From: an uncultured Planctomycetota bacterium
Lineage (GTDB): Bacteria; Planctomycetota; Phycisphaerae; UBA1845; UTPLA1
Assembly (NCBI GenBank): GCA_900696465.1
Contig: CAADGE010000046.1
Coordinates: 77,858 to 141,857, forward strand
Reading direction: 5' to 3'
Length of the DNA: 64,000 nt
Of the stretch, positions 53,210 through 62,307 are shown piece after piece; position 1 is the first letter of the stretch, and each line of letters starts with the position of its first letter. The translations under genes were made by a program, and so were the position numbers. Below the pieces are notes generated by a model. The model was not told the origin of the DNA and searched no databases. It saw only the letters and a program-made list of their open reading frames with translations.

Positions 53210-56200
53210 TTACTGGCGAATCACCGCATTGGACTGGCCAGGACCGCCGATGCGACCCGGACGCGTCTCGATGTTCGGCGTGCAGGACACGTTCAGCGTG
53301 TAGCTGCCCGAGTCACCGTTGAAACCGGACACGCGGATGTAGTAGGTCGTACCAGCCGTCACCGGCAACTGCACCTGGGAGTGCGTCGAGGTCGCACACG
53401 CGGCGCTGTCGTCGTTGCACGCCAAGTTCGGAAGGGCCGTGCAACTGGCGAAGACCGACAGGGTCGTGTCAAAGACCGGATCACTGCCGCAGGTATTGAT
53501 CGTCGCCGTGCCGGTGCAGGTCGCCGTCCAGCAGTGCCAGACGTCGATCCAGTCGTTGAAGGCGCAACTGCTGATATCCGTGCCGGTCGCGCCCACGGTC
53601 GAACCGTTGTAGGGCACGCCCGTCTGGACCGGGATGCAGTTTTCGCACTGATCGTTCTCCGGCAGGCAGATGGTCGGCGTACAGACCGATCCGTCTCCCT
53701 TGTACAGACCACCGGCGCCCTGGCAGTCGGCCTGCGAAAGGACGATGCAGTCCGTACCGAAGCAGCAGGCGCCCGCACGAACGATACCGTCTCGCGTCGG
53801 GACTTCCTTCAGAGTGAAGGATGTGCGAGGCGACAGCGTCAGGTCGACACCGATCTTCAGCGGAGCGATCGGCGGGTTGTTCACGTTCCAGATCATGCCC
53901 GGCGGAATCACGCCGTTGTAGGCAGTGAGTTCCTTGGCCTTGGTGAAGGTGCCAGGATCGAGGAACCGATCCCAGAACCGAGCCGTGAACGGATTGACGT
54001 TGAAGCCGGAGGCCGGAACGTCGAACCACGCCTCTGGACCGTCGAACAACCGCCAGTGGAAGTCGAGCCAATCGACGCCCGTCTGGTTGTGGATCGTCTC
54101 ACCGGCAATCAGGATCATGTTCGCCGTCTGTCCATTCGGGCAGACCTGGACGAAGTCGATCAGAATCGCAGGGATCAGACCGCCGAAGCCCGGGGGCTCC
54201 TTGAAGACCTTCTGAATGGCGATGGTCACCATTCGCTGCGACATATCCACGTCGAGCGTATTGATAACAACGTTGCTCGGGTGCGAGGTGCTGGCACACC
54301 AGCCGGAGAATTCACCGGAGGCGTCGGTCAGCGGGATCGTACCCGGAGGACACGTGTCGCACGGCTCCTGGACGCACGGCGAGGTACCACCGCGGTTGAA
54401 GCGGAGCGACCAGCTCACGAGCGTCCCCAGATCGCTGCCGGCGTTGTCGCTGACGGTCAGCGTCCAGTCACCGGAGGCGTTAAGGCCGTCGAAGGCCGAC
54501 AGGGCCTGGTTGGGGATGTAATTCGGCGGCGAGGTCAGGTTCAGCGAGCATGCGCCCTGGATGCCGACCGTACCCTCGTCGTCGAGGATGATGTTGTTGT
54601 AGTTGTCCTGAGCACAACCGCAGCAGCCGGAGGCATTGCAGAGGCCGCCGACCAGGCCCGGTCGTTGGATCAGACTGACCGAGGTGGCGCCCTTCGTCAG
54701 GGTCACGCAGAGGTCACCGACCCAGGTGTGGTTGATGGTCAGGGCCACGTCGAGGTCCTCGACCGTGAAGCTGTTGGGGACATTCAGCGTGCTGCTGACT
54801 CCGCCGGCGTTGTTGTCCGGGATCGCCACGCCAGGGTTCGCCGTAAAGATTTCCGTCGAACCTCCGACCGTCGCACAATCCGTGCCGTTGCCGAGATAGT
54901 CACCACCTGCCGCGGCACAACCAACTTCGGTCGTGACGAAGCACTCGCCGCCGACGCAGCATCCGCCGGTGGGCAGACACTCTACGGTGGCCGCACAAGG
55001 CACGCCGTTCTCGGTGAGGATCAACTCGAAGTTACCCGTCGCACCGCCGAAGCCCTGTACCAGGATGTAGTACAAGCCGCCGGCCTGCGAGCACCAGGTG
55101 ACGGTCGAGTGCAGGCCGCTGAACTGACAGGCCGCATCATCGTTGCCGGTGATGCAGGTCAGATTCGTGCAGGTACCGCAGTAGACATTCAACTTGGTGT
55201 CGTAGTTGGTGCCGGCGCTGCAGGTCGTCGCCGTAATGGTGGTGCCCGTACCGATGACGGTGTACCAGACACCCGGTGCCGTGATGCTCGTGATGCAAGT
55301 GGTGGCCGGCGGAGAATCCGGCGTCATGCCGACCGTCGAGCCGTTGGTGTTCGACGGAATGGCCAGCGGACCAACCGCATCGGTGCACAGGTCACCCGGA
55401 GGCGCGGCCGGACACGGACAGCTCAGGTTGAGCGTGATTGCACCGCGGCCGGCGTTGTCATAGGAAGCGACCTGGATGTAGTAGGTCTGACCGACCGTCA
55501 GGCCAGTGGCACAGGCCCGCGACCGGAGACCGTTGCACTCGTCTTCACCACAGGCCAACTCAACCAGGTTGCCACAAGTACCGGAGTAGATACCGATCAA
55601 GGTATCGGTCGCGCCGCTGGAGCAGACATCGGCAAGGGCCGAGGTGTCCGTGGCCACGAACTTGTACCAGATCGAACCGACGCCCTGGCCCGCACCACCG
55701 AATCGGCAACTGAAGGCCGGATCCGTCGGTTCGGTGAGAGCGAGCGTGTTGTCACCGAACACCGTGCTGTTGCAGGTGATCAGTTCAGCACCGGAGCAGG
55801 GGTCGTTGTCCGGCGGTGGCGGGCAGTCTTCGCAGATCGCCGTTGCCGTGTACGGAGCGCCGCAGGCCAGTGTTGACGTGAACTGCGGAGCGACGAAGAG
55901 GTACCACGTACCGGCCGGGAGGCAGGCCGAGACTTCAACCGGTGCACAAGGTGAACCGGTTCCGAAGACCAGGAAGGCCGTCACACCGGCACAACTGTCG
56001 ATGCCGAAGTTGTTGACGATGCCCGCAAGGACGTCGAACTGTCCGACGACGCGCCAGCGGACCTGGGTGGCCTGCGTGAGCACGATCTTGTACCAGTCGG
56101 TATCGCGGGTGCTGCCATCAAAGGCCGCCGTGCCGCAATAGGTCTGGCCGCAGGAGATGTTGGTGAAGACCGGAGGCGTGCTGTTGCAGCCGCCGTTGAC

Positions 56201-58489
56201 CGTATCAGTAGGCAGACCGCAGTTCGGCTCGTTCTCAGATATGCCGCCGACCGGGCAGGTGACATTGCACGGTTCACACGCAATGGCCGTGCTGCACTGT
56301 GTGCCGTTGCTCGACAGGATCAACTCGTAATTGCCGGTATCGCCGCCGAAGCCCTGGACGAGGATGTAATAGGTCGTGCCGGGGCTGGTGCACCAAGTGA
56401 CCCGCGACTGGAAGCCGGGGCATGCGTCATCGTTGCCGGTGACGCAGAAGAGCTGCGTGCAGCTTCCGCAGTACACGTTGAGCTTGGTGTCATAGTCGGT
56501 GTTGGCACTGCAGGTCTCGGCTGTGTAGGTCGTGCCGTCACCCACCACGGTGTACCAGATGCCTGGCGCCGAGATCGACGTGCTGCAGGTGAAGGCCGGC
56601 GGAACGTCCGGCGAGGCAGCGAGGGTCGAGCCGAGGGTCGAACTGGGAACGTTGATCGCAATTGCAGTATCGCAATCATCGCCCGCAGGACCAGCCGGAC
56701 ACGGGCAGGTCAGCTCGAGAGTGATCGGACCGACGTCCGGAACGCTGAACGAAGCGACCTGGATGTAGTAGGTCTGTCCGATCGTCAGATTGCGGACGCA
56801 GACGCGCGAGAGAAGACCGCAGATGTCTTCGCTGCAGGCAAGCTCTGTGAAGTTACCGCAGGTGCCGCTATAGACGGCCACGAGGGTATCGGCCTGAGCG
56901 CTGCCGCACAGATCGACCAGGGCCGAGGTGTCGGTTGCGACGAACTTGTACCAGATCGAATTGACGCCCTGACCGGCGCCACCGAAGCGACAGGAGAAGG
57001 CCGGATCCGTCGGATCACTCAGGGCCAGCGTGTTGTCACCGAAGGTGGTCGAGTTGCAGTCGATCAGCTCAGCATTCGCACAATCGTCGTTGTCCGGACC
57101 CGGAGGACAATCCTCACAGGAGAGCGACACGACGTACTCGCCGTCAGCACAATCAACAGTACCGGTGAACTGAGGGGCAACGAACAGGTACCAGGTACCG
57201 GCAGGCAGACAGGCCGAGACTTGAGCCGGGACGCAGGCACCGGCTGTGGCGAACTGGAGGAACGACGTAACACCGGCACAACTGTCGATACCGAAGTTGT
57301 TCACGATACCGATGAGCAGGTCAAAATTCGCACTGCCGGACCAGGTGACCTGGGTGGCCTGCGTCAGCACGACCTTGTACCAGTCGGTGTCGCGGGTGCT
57401 GCCGTCAAACGCGGCCGTACCGCAGAAGGTCTCGTTGCAGTCGATGAGCGTAAAGACCGGGGGCGTGCTGTTGCAGCCGCCGTTGACGGTGTCGGTCGGA
57501 AGACCGCAATTGGCCTCATTCTCCGGCTGGCCAACCGACGGGCACTGGGCACAGGCACCGACACAGTTGATCGATAGGGTGCCGCTGCCGGTCGCCGACT
57601 GATAGCCGCCGATGCGGATCAGGTAGGTTTCGCCGGCGGAGACGGACAGGTTCAGCGAGGACTGGAGTCCGCAGGAATCGTCGTTGCAGGCGATTGCGGA
57701 AGCAGCCGTCGGACACTGGCAGCCGGCATACACCGCGAGCTTCGTGTCATAGGTGCTGCCGCAGAGACTGATGACCACGGTGCCGTCGCACTGCGAAGTC
57801 CAGCAGTACCAGATGTCGGCACCGACGTTCGAGTAGCCAAAGAAGGTACAGGCAGCGGGCTCATCCGGGCCGTCAGTCGTTGCGCCGGTCGTGTTGAATC
57901 CAATGTTCACATCGCCGGAAATGGCAGTGGCGTTGGCACAGTTATCGTTGGCAGGACCGGGACCGCGCGGACCAGCTGACGGCTCGGACTGCCCCTTCTG
58001 GAGGAGACCGCCGTGCTTGCTGGCAGGTGCAGCCGACTGATTCGTACCCAGCGTGACCGGAGCGACCGAGATCGTCTCATTCAACCGGGCATCGGTCGAT
58101 TCCAACTGCTCGCCCTGCTTCAGGACGATCTCAGAGGAGACGGACTTCGAACCGATGTTGAGCCGCAGTTCGACGGACTCCTCGGACGGAAGGACCGCCT
58201 CGACCGTGGACATTGCTTCGCCCGGTCGCTGGAGTTCGATGACCAGCTTCGAGTCCTCGGTCGCCACGTAGTAGTGGCCATCCGAAGCCGGAGCGGTCTT
58301 GATGGACTCGCCGTCCACACGGAGAGCAAGCGAAACGTTGCTCGCATCCGCGCCTTCCAGAACGATCTTCACGGACTTGAGTGCGGGCCCGTCCGCCAAA
58401 GCCGGATTCGCGCCGAAACTGGCGCAAATTACGGTCAAACAGACCAGAAGTGTCCAACAGGTCGTGGACTTGCTGCGCGGCATAATCAT
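53210..58489 (-). CDS. giant secreted Cys-rich multidomain surface protein (1759 aa from ATG 58489) with a proprotein-convertase-type P-domain
   Basis: Signal peptide after MIMPRSKSTTCWTLLVCLTVICASFGANPALA. Six copies of a ~130-aa Cys-rich domain (D.C..A..I...., WY.., C.S..DT.L.VY..C....C.. NDD.C, .Y(Y/L)I.V.G), two PPC-like domains (TDWYK), two GxCC...C...C..GG.(Y/L).G.G..C motifs, and a P-domain (INHTWVGDLCVTL...SGDWTLTVSDNAGSDLGTLVSWSLRF). The start may instead be 58483. Confidence 0.85.
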   Translation of the reverse strand: MIMPRSKSTTCWTLLVCLTVICASFGANPALADGPALKSVKIVLEGADASNVSLALRVDGESIKTAPASDGHYYVATEDSKLVIELQRPGEAMSTVEAVLPSEESVELRLNIGSKSVSSEIVLKQGEQLESTDARLNETISVAPVTLGTNQSAAPASKHGGLLQKGQSEPSAGPRGPGPANDNCANATAISGDVNIGFNTTGATTDGPDEPAACTFFGYSNVGADIWYCWTSQCDGTVVISLCGSTYDTKLAVYAGCQCPTAASAIACNDDSCGLQSSLNLSVSAGETYLIRIGGYQSATGSGTLSINCVGACAQCPSVGQPENEANCGLPTDTVNGGCNSTPPVFTLIDCNETFCGTAAFDGSTRDTDWYKVVLTQATQVTWSGSANFDLLIGIVNNFGIDSCAGVTSFLQFATAGACVPAQVSACLPAGTWYLFVAPQFTGTVDCADGEYVVSLSCEDCPPGPDNDDCANAELIDCNSTTFGDNTLALSDPTDPAFSCRFGGAGQGVNSIWYKFVATDTSALVDLCGSAQADTLVAVYSGTCGNFTELACSEDICGLLSRVCVRNLTIGQTYYIQVASFSVPDVGPITLELTCPCPAGPAGDDCDTAIAINVPSSTLGSTLAASPDVPPAFTCSTSISAPGIWYTVVGDGTTYTAETCSANTDYDTKLNVYCGSCTQLFCVTGNDDACPGFQSRVTWCTSPGTTYYILVQGFGGDTGNYELILSSNGTQCSTAIACEPCNVTCPVGGISENEPNCGLPTDTVNGGCNSTPPVFTNISCGQTYCGTAAFDGSTRDTDWYKIVLTQATQVRWRVVGQFDVLAGIVNNFGIDSCAGVTAFLVFGTGSPCAPVEVSACLPAGTWYLFVAPQFTSTLACGAPYTATAICEDCPPPPDNDPCSGAELITCNSTVFGDNTLALTEPTDPAFSCRFGGAGQGVGSIWYKFVATDTSALADVCSSGATDTLIGIYSGTCGNLVELACGEDECNGLRSRACATGLTVGQTYYIQVASYDNAGRGAITLNLSCPCPAAPPGDLCTDAVGPLAIPSNTNGSTVGMTPDSPPATTCITSITAPGVWYTVIGTGTTITATTCSAGTNYDTKLNVYCGTCTNLTCITGNDDAACQFSGLHSTVTWCSQAGGLYYILVQGFGGATGNFELILTENGVPCAATVECLPTGGCCVGGECFVTTEVGCAAAGGDYLGNGTDCATVGGSTEIFTANPGVAIPDNNAGGVSSTLNVPNSFTVEDLDVALTINHTWVGDLCVTLTKGATSVSLIQRPGLVGGLCNASGCCGCAQDNYNNIILDDEGTVGIQGACSLNLTSPPNYIPNQALSAFDGLNASGDWTLTVSDNAGSDLGTLVSWSLRFNRGGTSPCVQEPCDTCPPGTIPLTDASGEFSGWCASTSHPSNVVINTLDVDMSQRMVTIAIQKVFKEPPGFGGLIPAILIDFVQVCPNGQTANMILIAGETIHNQTGVDWLDFHWRLFDGPEAWFDVPASGFNVNPFTARFWDRFLDPGTFTKAKELTAYNGVIPPGMIWNVNNPPIAPLKIGVDLTLSPRTSFTLKEVPTRDGIVRAGACCFGTDCIVLSQADCQGAGGLYKGDGSVCTPTICLPENDQCENCIPVQTGVPYNGSTVGATGTDISSCAFNDWIDVWHCWTATCTGTATINTCGSDPVFDTTLSVFASCTALPNLACNDDSAACATSTHSQVQLPVTAGTTYYIRVSGFNGDSGSYTLNVSCTPNIETRPGRIGGPGQSNAVIRQ
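54959..57532 (-). repeat. tandem duplication of a 429-aa (1287-nt) three-domain module inside the giant CDS (copy 1 at 56246..57532, copy 2 at 54959..56245)
   Basis: Residues ~336-764 and ~765-1193 are collinear with long identical runs: NCGLPTDTVNGGCNSTPPVFT, CGTAAFDGSTRDTDWYK, GIVNNFGIDSCAGVT, SACLPAGTWYLFVAPQFT, PTDPAFSCRFGGAGQGV.SIWYKFVATDTSAL, YDTKLNVYCG. Confidence 0.85.
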
Positions 58490-59285
58490 CTCCCTTTCTA
58501 CATACTGAGTCGTTTTTGAGGGAAGAATCTGAACCACCCGGAGCAGATTGAAGCGAACGCTTCTCTATGCCTTTCCCTGAGATTTCAATGGCCGAAAATG
58601 CCGAGAGTTATCGATATCACAGGCAAATATGGGTCGTTCAGAGTTGTTCCCCTTCCTCCGTTGCTCGTGTATCCCTTCCTGGCGACTGTCGAGGAAACCA
58701 ACGCGAATGCGCTGGACCCATACCTCGAAAGTACGCGCGCGTGCCCTGGACGCAGATTTCGCCCACAGACACTCGGGGTTCAGTATCTCGAAATCAATCA
58801 CCAAAGTCAAGGGTTTGGGGACGTTATAAAACACAGATTATCTGAGGATTTTTGTAGCAGAGCAGCTTTGCTGCTGATTCCTGTCGCCCTGTTCATGTTC
58901 TCCCCAGATTTGCCTTATTGTGACGAGACAGCGAACCGGCGGGCTGATTAATTGGAAAGTTCATTGACGACGATGGCCGAATTACGGTACTAATATGGCA
59001 AGCGCCGCTGGGGCGAGCCAGTATCCGCGCACCTGGTCTTCATTACTCCATAATTGAGGAAAGGTTACGGCGGTTCTTGTCATCCGCCCGACGACGCTAC
59101 GGCATAGAATTGGGTTGGTTCTCGGCCGTTCGATCGCAAACTTGCGTAGCTGGCCGAATGCTCAATCTCGGGGGAAGCCGTACTTACCCGCTGTGGGAAC
59201 TTGTCAGGTGAAGTTGAAAAGGACCGACTCAGCAATCCTGAATCGCACTGGCCGAGCCATTATTCTTGAATGCAGGAGAGCAGCT

Positions 59286-60683
59286 ATGAACATTCGTCGC
59301 CTGTACCGGGTAGCCGGTCTCTTACTGATTGGAATCTTTTTCATCATCACCACCGGTACCGCCTTGGCCAATCCCGATGTGATCGTTTCCACGATCGGGA
59401 GCACGGTTCAGAAGTACGGCACGGTCAATAATGTAACGGCGTACGCCGTTACGACCGTGTCCTGCAACCTCGGGACTTCGCAGGCCATCTGGATCCAGGG
59501 GACGAATCAGCACCCTGTCATCGCGCAGAATCTTTACCGCTACAAGGTGGTCAACGGTGCGGGTCGCATGGAGATGATCGGCATGGCCTGGCTCAAGCAC
59601 GGCTTCTGTGCCGCGGATGCGCCCGGTCCGAATTGCGCGACCTGCCAGAACGCCGGCACCTGTGACTGGCTCGGACTCGGCTGCACCGACACCTATGGCG
59701 CGGGGCTGAACGGCAGCCAGGGCAACCTCGGACCGCGTTCCGACGTGAACGCGTGGACCGGCGCGTTCAACTATCCCTTCCCGACACAGGGACAGACAGG
59801 CAACGCGATCTACAAGCGACTGCAGATCAGGAATGATGATCTGAATCCGGCGCTCAATCCCGGTGCGGGCTACCTCTGCGAAGTGCAGTACATCTGCACC
59901 GACGAGCAGCCGGCCCAGCGCTACAACAATGTCTCCTGGCGGCCCATGCTGGTCGGCGCTTTCGTGGACGGCGGATACAATCTATCCTTCACCGGCTCGA
60001 CGATGGTGCAGCAGTCGGCGATTCAGGCGTGGCCCTCGTATGAGCCCGGCGTCACGCTGGTGAATGTCAATATCCCCGGCGACGGCCGGATGATCCTCGG
60101 CTATAAGGTCACGGAGATCGTGCCCGGCAGCTTGTGGCACTACGAATACGCACTCTACAACATGAACAGCGATCGCAGCGCCCAACTGGTTACCGTTCCC
60201 GCCGCTGGCACGGCAACGATCAGCAACATAGAGTTCCACGACGTGGACTATCACAGCGGCGAACCGTATTCGAACGCTGACTGGACAGCGTCGGCCAACG
60301 AGGATGGTGTCACCTGGTTGACACAGAGCTTCGCCCAGAACCCCAACGCCAATGCGCTGCGATGGGGCTCCACCTACAACTTCCGCTTCGACTGCGATCG
60401 ACCGCCTTACCCCGGCACGGTCAAGGTCGGACTCTTCAAGCCCGGTTCACCGGCCAACATGAACGTGGCGGCCCTGGTGCCGAATCCGTGCGTGTGCCCC
60501 GGCGATCTGACCACCAACGGTACGATCGACGGTCAGGACATCTCGAACATGGTGCAGATGATGCTTGGCGCGATGAGCGGTAGCCCGTGCGCCGACCTTG
60601 CGTCGCCCTATGGCACCCAGCCCAACACCGCGGACGCAGAAGCCCTCGTTGAACTGCTGATCGGCGGCGCGTTGTGTCCCTGA
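59286..60683 (+). CDS. secreted hypothetical protein with a dockerin/EF-hand-like C-terminal module
   Basis: AGGAGAG RBS before ATG 59286; signal/anchor MNIRRLYRVAGLLLIGIFFIITTGTALA; a Cys-containing ~400-aa body with no recognised motif. The C-terminus CPGDLTTNGTIDGQDISNMVQMMLG...ADAEALVELLIG looks like two Ca-loop-plus-helix segments. Confidence 0.65.
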   Translation: MNIRRLYRVAGLLLIGIFFIITTGTALANPDVIVSTIGSTVQKYGTVNNVTAYAVTTVSCNLGTSQAIWIQGTNQHPVIAQNLYRYKVVNGAGRMEMIGMAWLKHGFCAADAPGPNCATCQNAGTCDWLGLGCTDTYGAGLNGSQGNLGPRSDVNAWTGAFNYPFPTQGQTGNAIYKRLQIRNDDLNPALNPGAGYLCEVQYICTDEQPAQRYNNVSWRPMLVGAFVDGGYNLSFTGSTMVQQSAIQAWPSYEPGVTLVNVNIPGDGRMILGYKVTEIVPGSLWHYEYALYNMNSDRSAQLVTVPAAGTATISNIEFHDVDYHSGEPYSNADWTASANEDGVTWLTQSFAQNPNANALRWGSTYNFRFDCDRPPYPGTVKVGLFKPGSPANMNVAALVPNPCVCPGDLTTNGTIDGQDISNMVQMMLGAMSGSPCADLASPYGTQPNTADAEALVELLIGGALCP

Positions 60684-60710
60684 GCACGCATCACTGAAAG
60701 GCGCTGGTCG

Positions 60711-61733
60711 TCAAAGCGATTCCAGATCAAACGCCGACCGCGACATCGGCCGGTGTGAAAGTTGCGCGCCCACATTCGGCAGGCAGCCCGCCACCTGGGC
60801 GAAGTTCGACGCCATCTGTCCGGTCTCGCCCAGCTCGATCGAGAGGTCCTCGGCCGTCTTCTGAATCTGCACGACCAGTTGATCCAGCAGTCGGCCGACC
60901 AGTTCGTCCGGCTTTGGTGTCAGTCCGTCGAGCTGCTCGAAGAGCCGTTCGACGATTTCCATGTCGCTGCCACCCAGCGCGATCTCCGAACAAGTCACGG
61001 CGGCACCGACAATCCGCGACAGGCGCGGCGCATCGGCGCACTCTGCCGTCGTGGTCACCAGGTGATGGCGCCGCACGGCGTCGATCAGGTGTTCGTCGAG
61101 CTTCCAGTCGGCGAAGACGGCCGCAGCCACTTCCGAATGCGTGATCCCGAGGATGCGTCGTTCCAGCTCCTCGATGTTTGAACTGAGGCAACTCGATAAC
61201 TGCCGCAAGACCTCGCCGTAAGCCGCGCTGGCACCGTACGCAAGCAGACCGATGCCGACATCGACCAGTAATCCGGCCGTCGCTGCATCTTCGATTGCAT
61301 TTGGGTCAAGCGTGCGGGCCAGTTCTTTCGCCGCCACGCTGGTGGCCAACGCTGCCTGCCAGTAGAGGTTTGGCTGGAAGCCGGGCGGACAGGCCTGGCC
61401 CATCCCGCTGACGATGTGATCGTTGATGACCACGGCGCGGACCCGCTTGAGGCCGAGTCGGACACAGGCATCTTTGACGGACGACGTCGTTTTGGCACCG
61501 GCGTAGAGGGCGCTGTTTGTCTGCCGCAGCAGTTCCGCCGTCAGGGCACTGTCGCGCTGGATCAGCTCGGCAACGGCCTGGTAGTCACAGTCCGGATTGC
61601 GCGTGATCGAGAGAATCTTCGACACGACCTGCGAGGGCGCAGGGACCCTCGGCGACTGTCGGATGCCCTTGAGGATTCGATCGGGCGCGTGGCTGGCCTG
61701 TTGTGAATTCACGGCAAGGACCTCGACCGGCAA
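60711..61733 (-). CDS. HDOD-domain signalling protein
   Basis: PAPSQVVSKILSITRNPDCDYQAVAELIQRDSALTAELLRQTNSALYAG....SVKDACVRLGLKRVR is a typical HDOD N-terminal region. It has a helical HD-like body without a clear HD metal dyad. Confidence 0.78.
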   Translation of the reverse strand: MPVEVLAVNSQQASHAPDRILKGIRQSPRVPAPSQVVSKILSITRNPDCDYQAVAELIQRDSALTAELLRQTNSALYAGAKTTSSVKDACVRLGLKRVRAVVINDHIVSGMGQACPPGFQPNLYWQAALATSVAAKELARTLDPNAIEDAATAGLLVDVGIGLLAYGASAAYGEVLRQLSSCLSSNIEELERRILGITHSEVAAAVFADWKLDEHLIDAVRRHHLVTTTAECADAPRLSRIVGAAVTCSEIALGGSDMEIVERLFEQLDGLTPKPDELVGRLLDQLVVQIQKTAEDLSIELGETGQMASNFAQVAGCLPNVGAQLSHRPMSRSAFDLESL

Positions 61734-61766
61734 CGAACATGAGTGTAAGCAACCGCGTGGGGCGCC

Positions 61767-62306
61767 TCACTCCGATTCTTTTGAATGTGCGAGATAAGCT
61801 CGTACGCTCGGCTGGTCAGGCCGAAGCCGCAACGATTGCTCCCATGCCTCCCAGGCCATTCTCCGCCAGGCGGGGCTCATCTCACGATGATACATTTTGA
61901 TGAAGCTGGTGCCGAGGTTCGCGTAGCAATCCGGGTCATCCGGCGCGATCTTGAGCAGCTCGCGGTAGATGGCGATGGCGCGCATCGGGTCACCGACGGC
62001 ATCGTGACACGCCGCGAGGTTGAAAAGTGCTTCAGTGCTCTCCGGCCGCAGCTTGAGCGCCTGTTCATACGCCGCGAGGGCCAGTCCGTACTGACCGCGG
62101 CCGGCCAGCTCGAGACCTTCGTTGAAATGGGCGCGGAACTGCCGATCCCGCTCCTCGGGTGACATCGACGTAACATCATCCTCGTGCTCCACCATGACGC
62201 GCGGCGGGCCGACGGCCGTCGCCTTTGGTCCAAACAGACCGCTGCATCCGGTGCACCAGCCGGTGAGCGCGAAGATCCAGCAGCAAGTCTGCGTGCGATG
62301 CTTCAC
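61767..62306 (-). CDS. TPR-repeat protein, probable lipoprotein (candidate secretin pilotin/accessory)
   Basis: GTG 62306 starts 2 nt after the secretin stop (TGA 62310-62308). N-terminus VKHRTQTCCWIFALTGWCTGCSG is signal/lipobox-like. TPR units: GQYGLALAAYEQALKLRPESTEALFNLAACHDAVGDPMRAIAIYRELLKIAPDDPDCYANLG. Confidence 0.62.
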   Translation of the reverse strand: MKHRTQTCCWIFALTGWCTGCSGLFGPKATAVGPPRVMVEHEDDVTSMSPEERDRQFRAHFNEGLELAGRGQYGLALAAYEQALKLRPESTEALFNLAACHDAVGDPMRAIAIYRELLKIAPDDPDCYANLGTSFIKMYHREMSPAWRRMAWEAWEQSLRLRPDQPSVRAYLAHSKESE

Positions 62307-62307
62307 G

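Noticed and set aside
52922-55876. 984-aa plus-strand ORF, the longest on that strand in the region
   Set aside because: It lies entirely antisense to the giant surface-protein gene. Its translation is Arg/Gly/Asp/Val-rich low complexity with no motifs. The minus-strand frame has clear domain structure. This is typical of a spurious antisense ORF in GC-rich DNA.
54959-57532. The duplicated modules, considered as a diversity-generating retroelement template/variable repeat pair
   Set aside because: No reverse-transcriptase gene is present in the window. Both copies are coding parts of the same ORF. The differences I can see are not restricted to adenine positions.
58565-58951. Small ORFs (117, 92, 89 and 66 aa) in the spacer between the giant gene and the 59286 gene
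   Set aside because: They overlap each other on both strands and have no RBS-like sequence or recognisable motif. I treated them as non-coding control region; Ribo-seq could overturn this.
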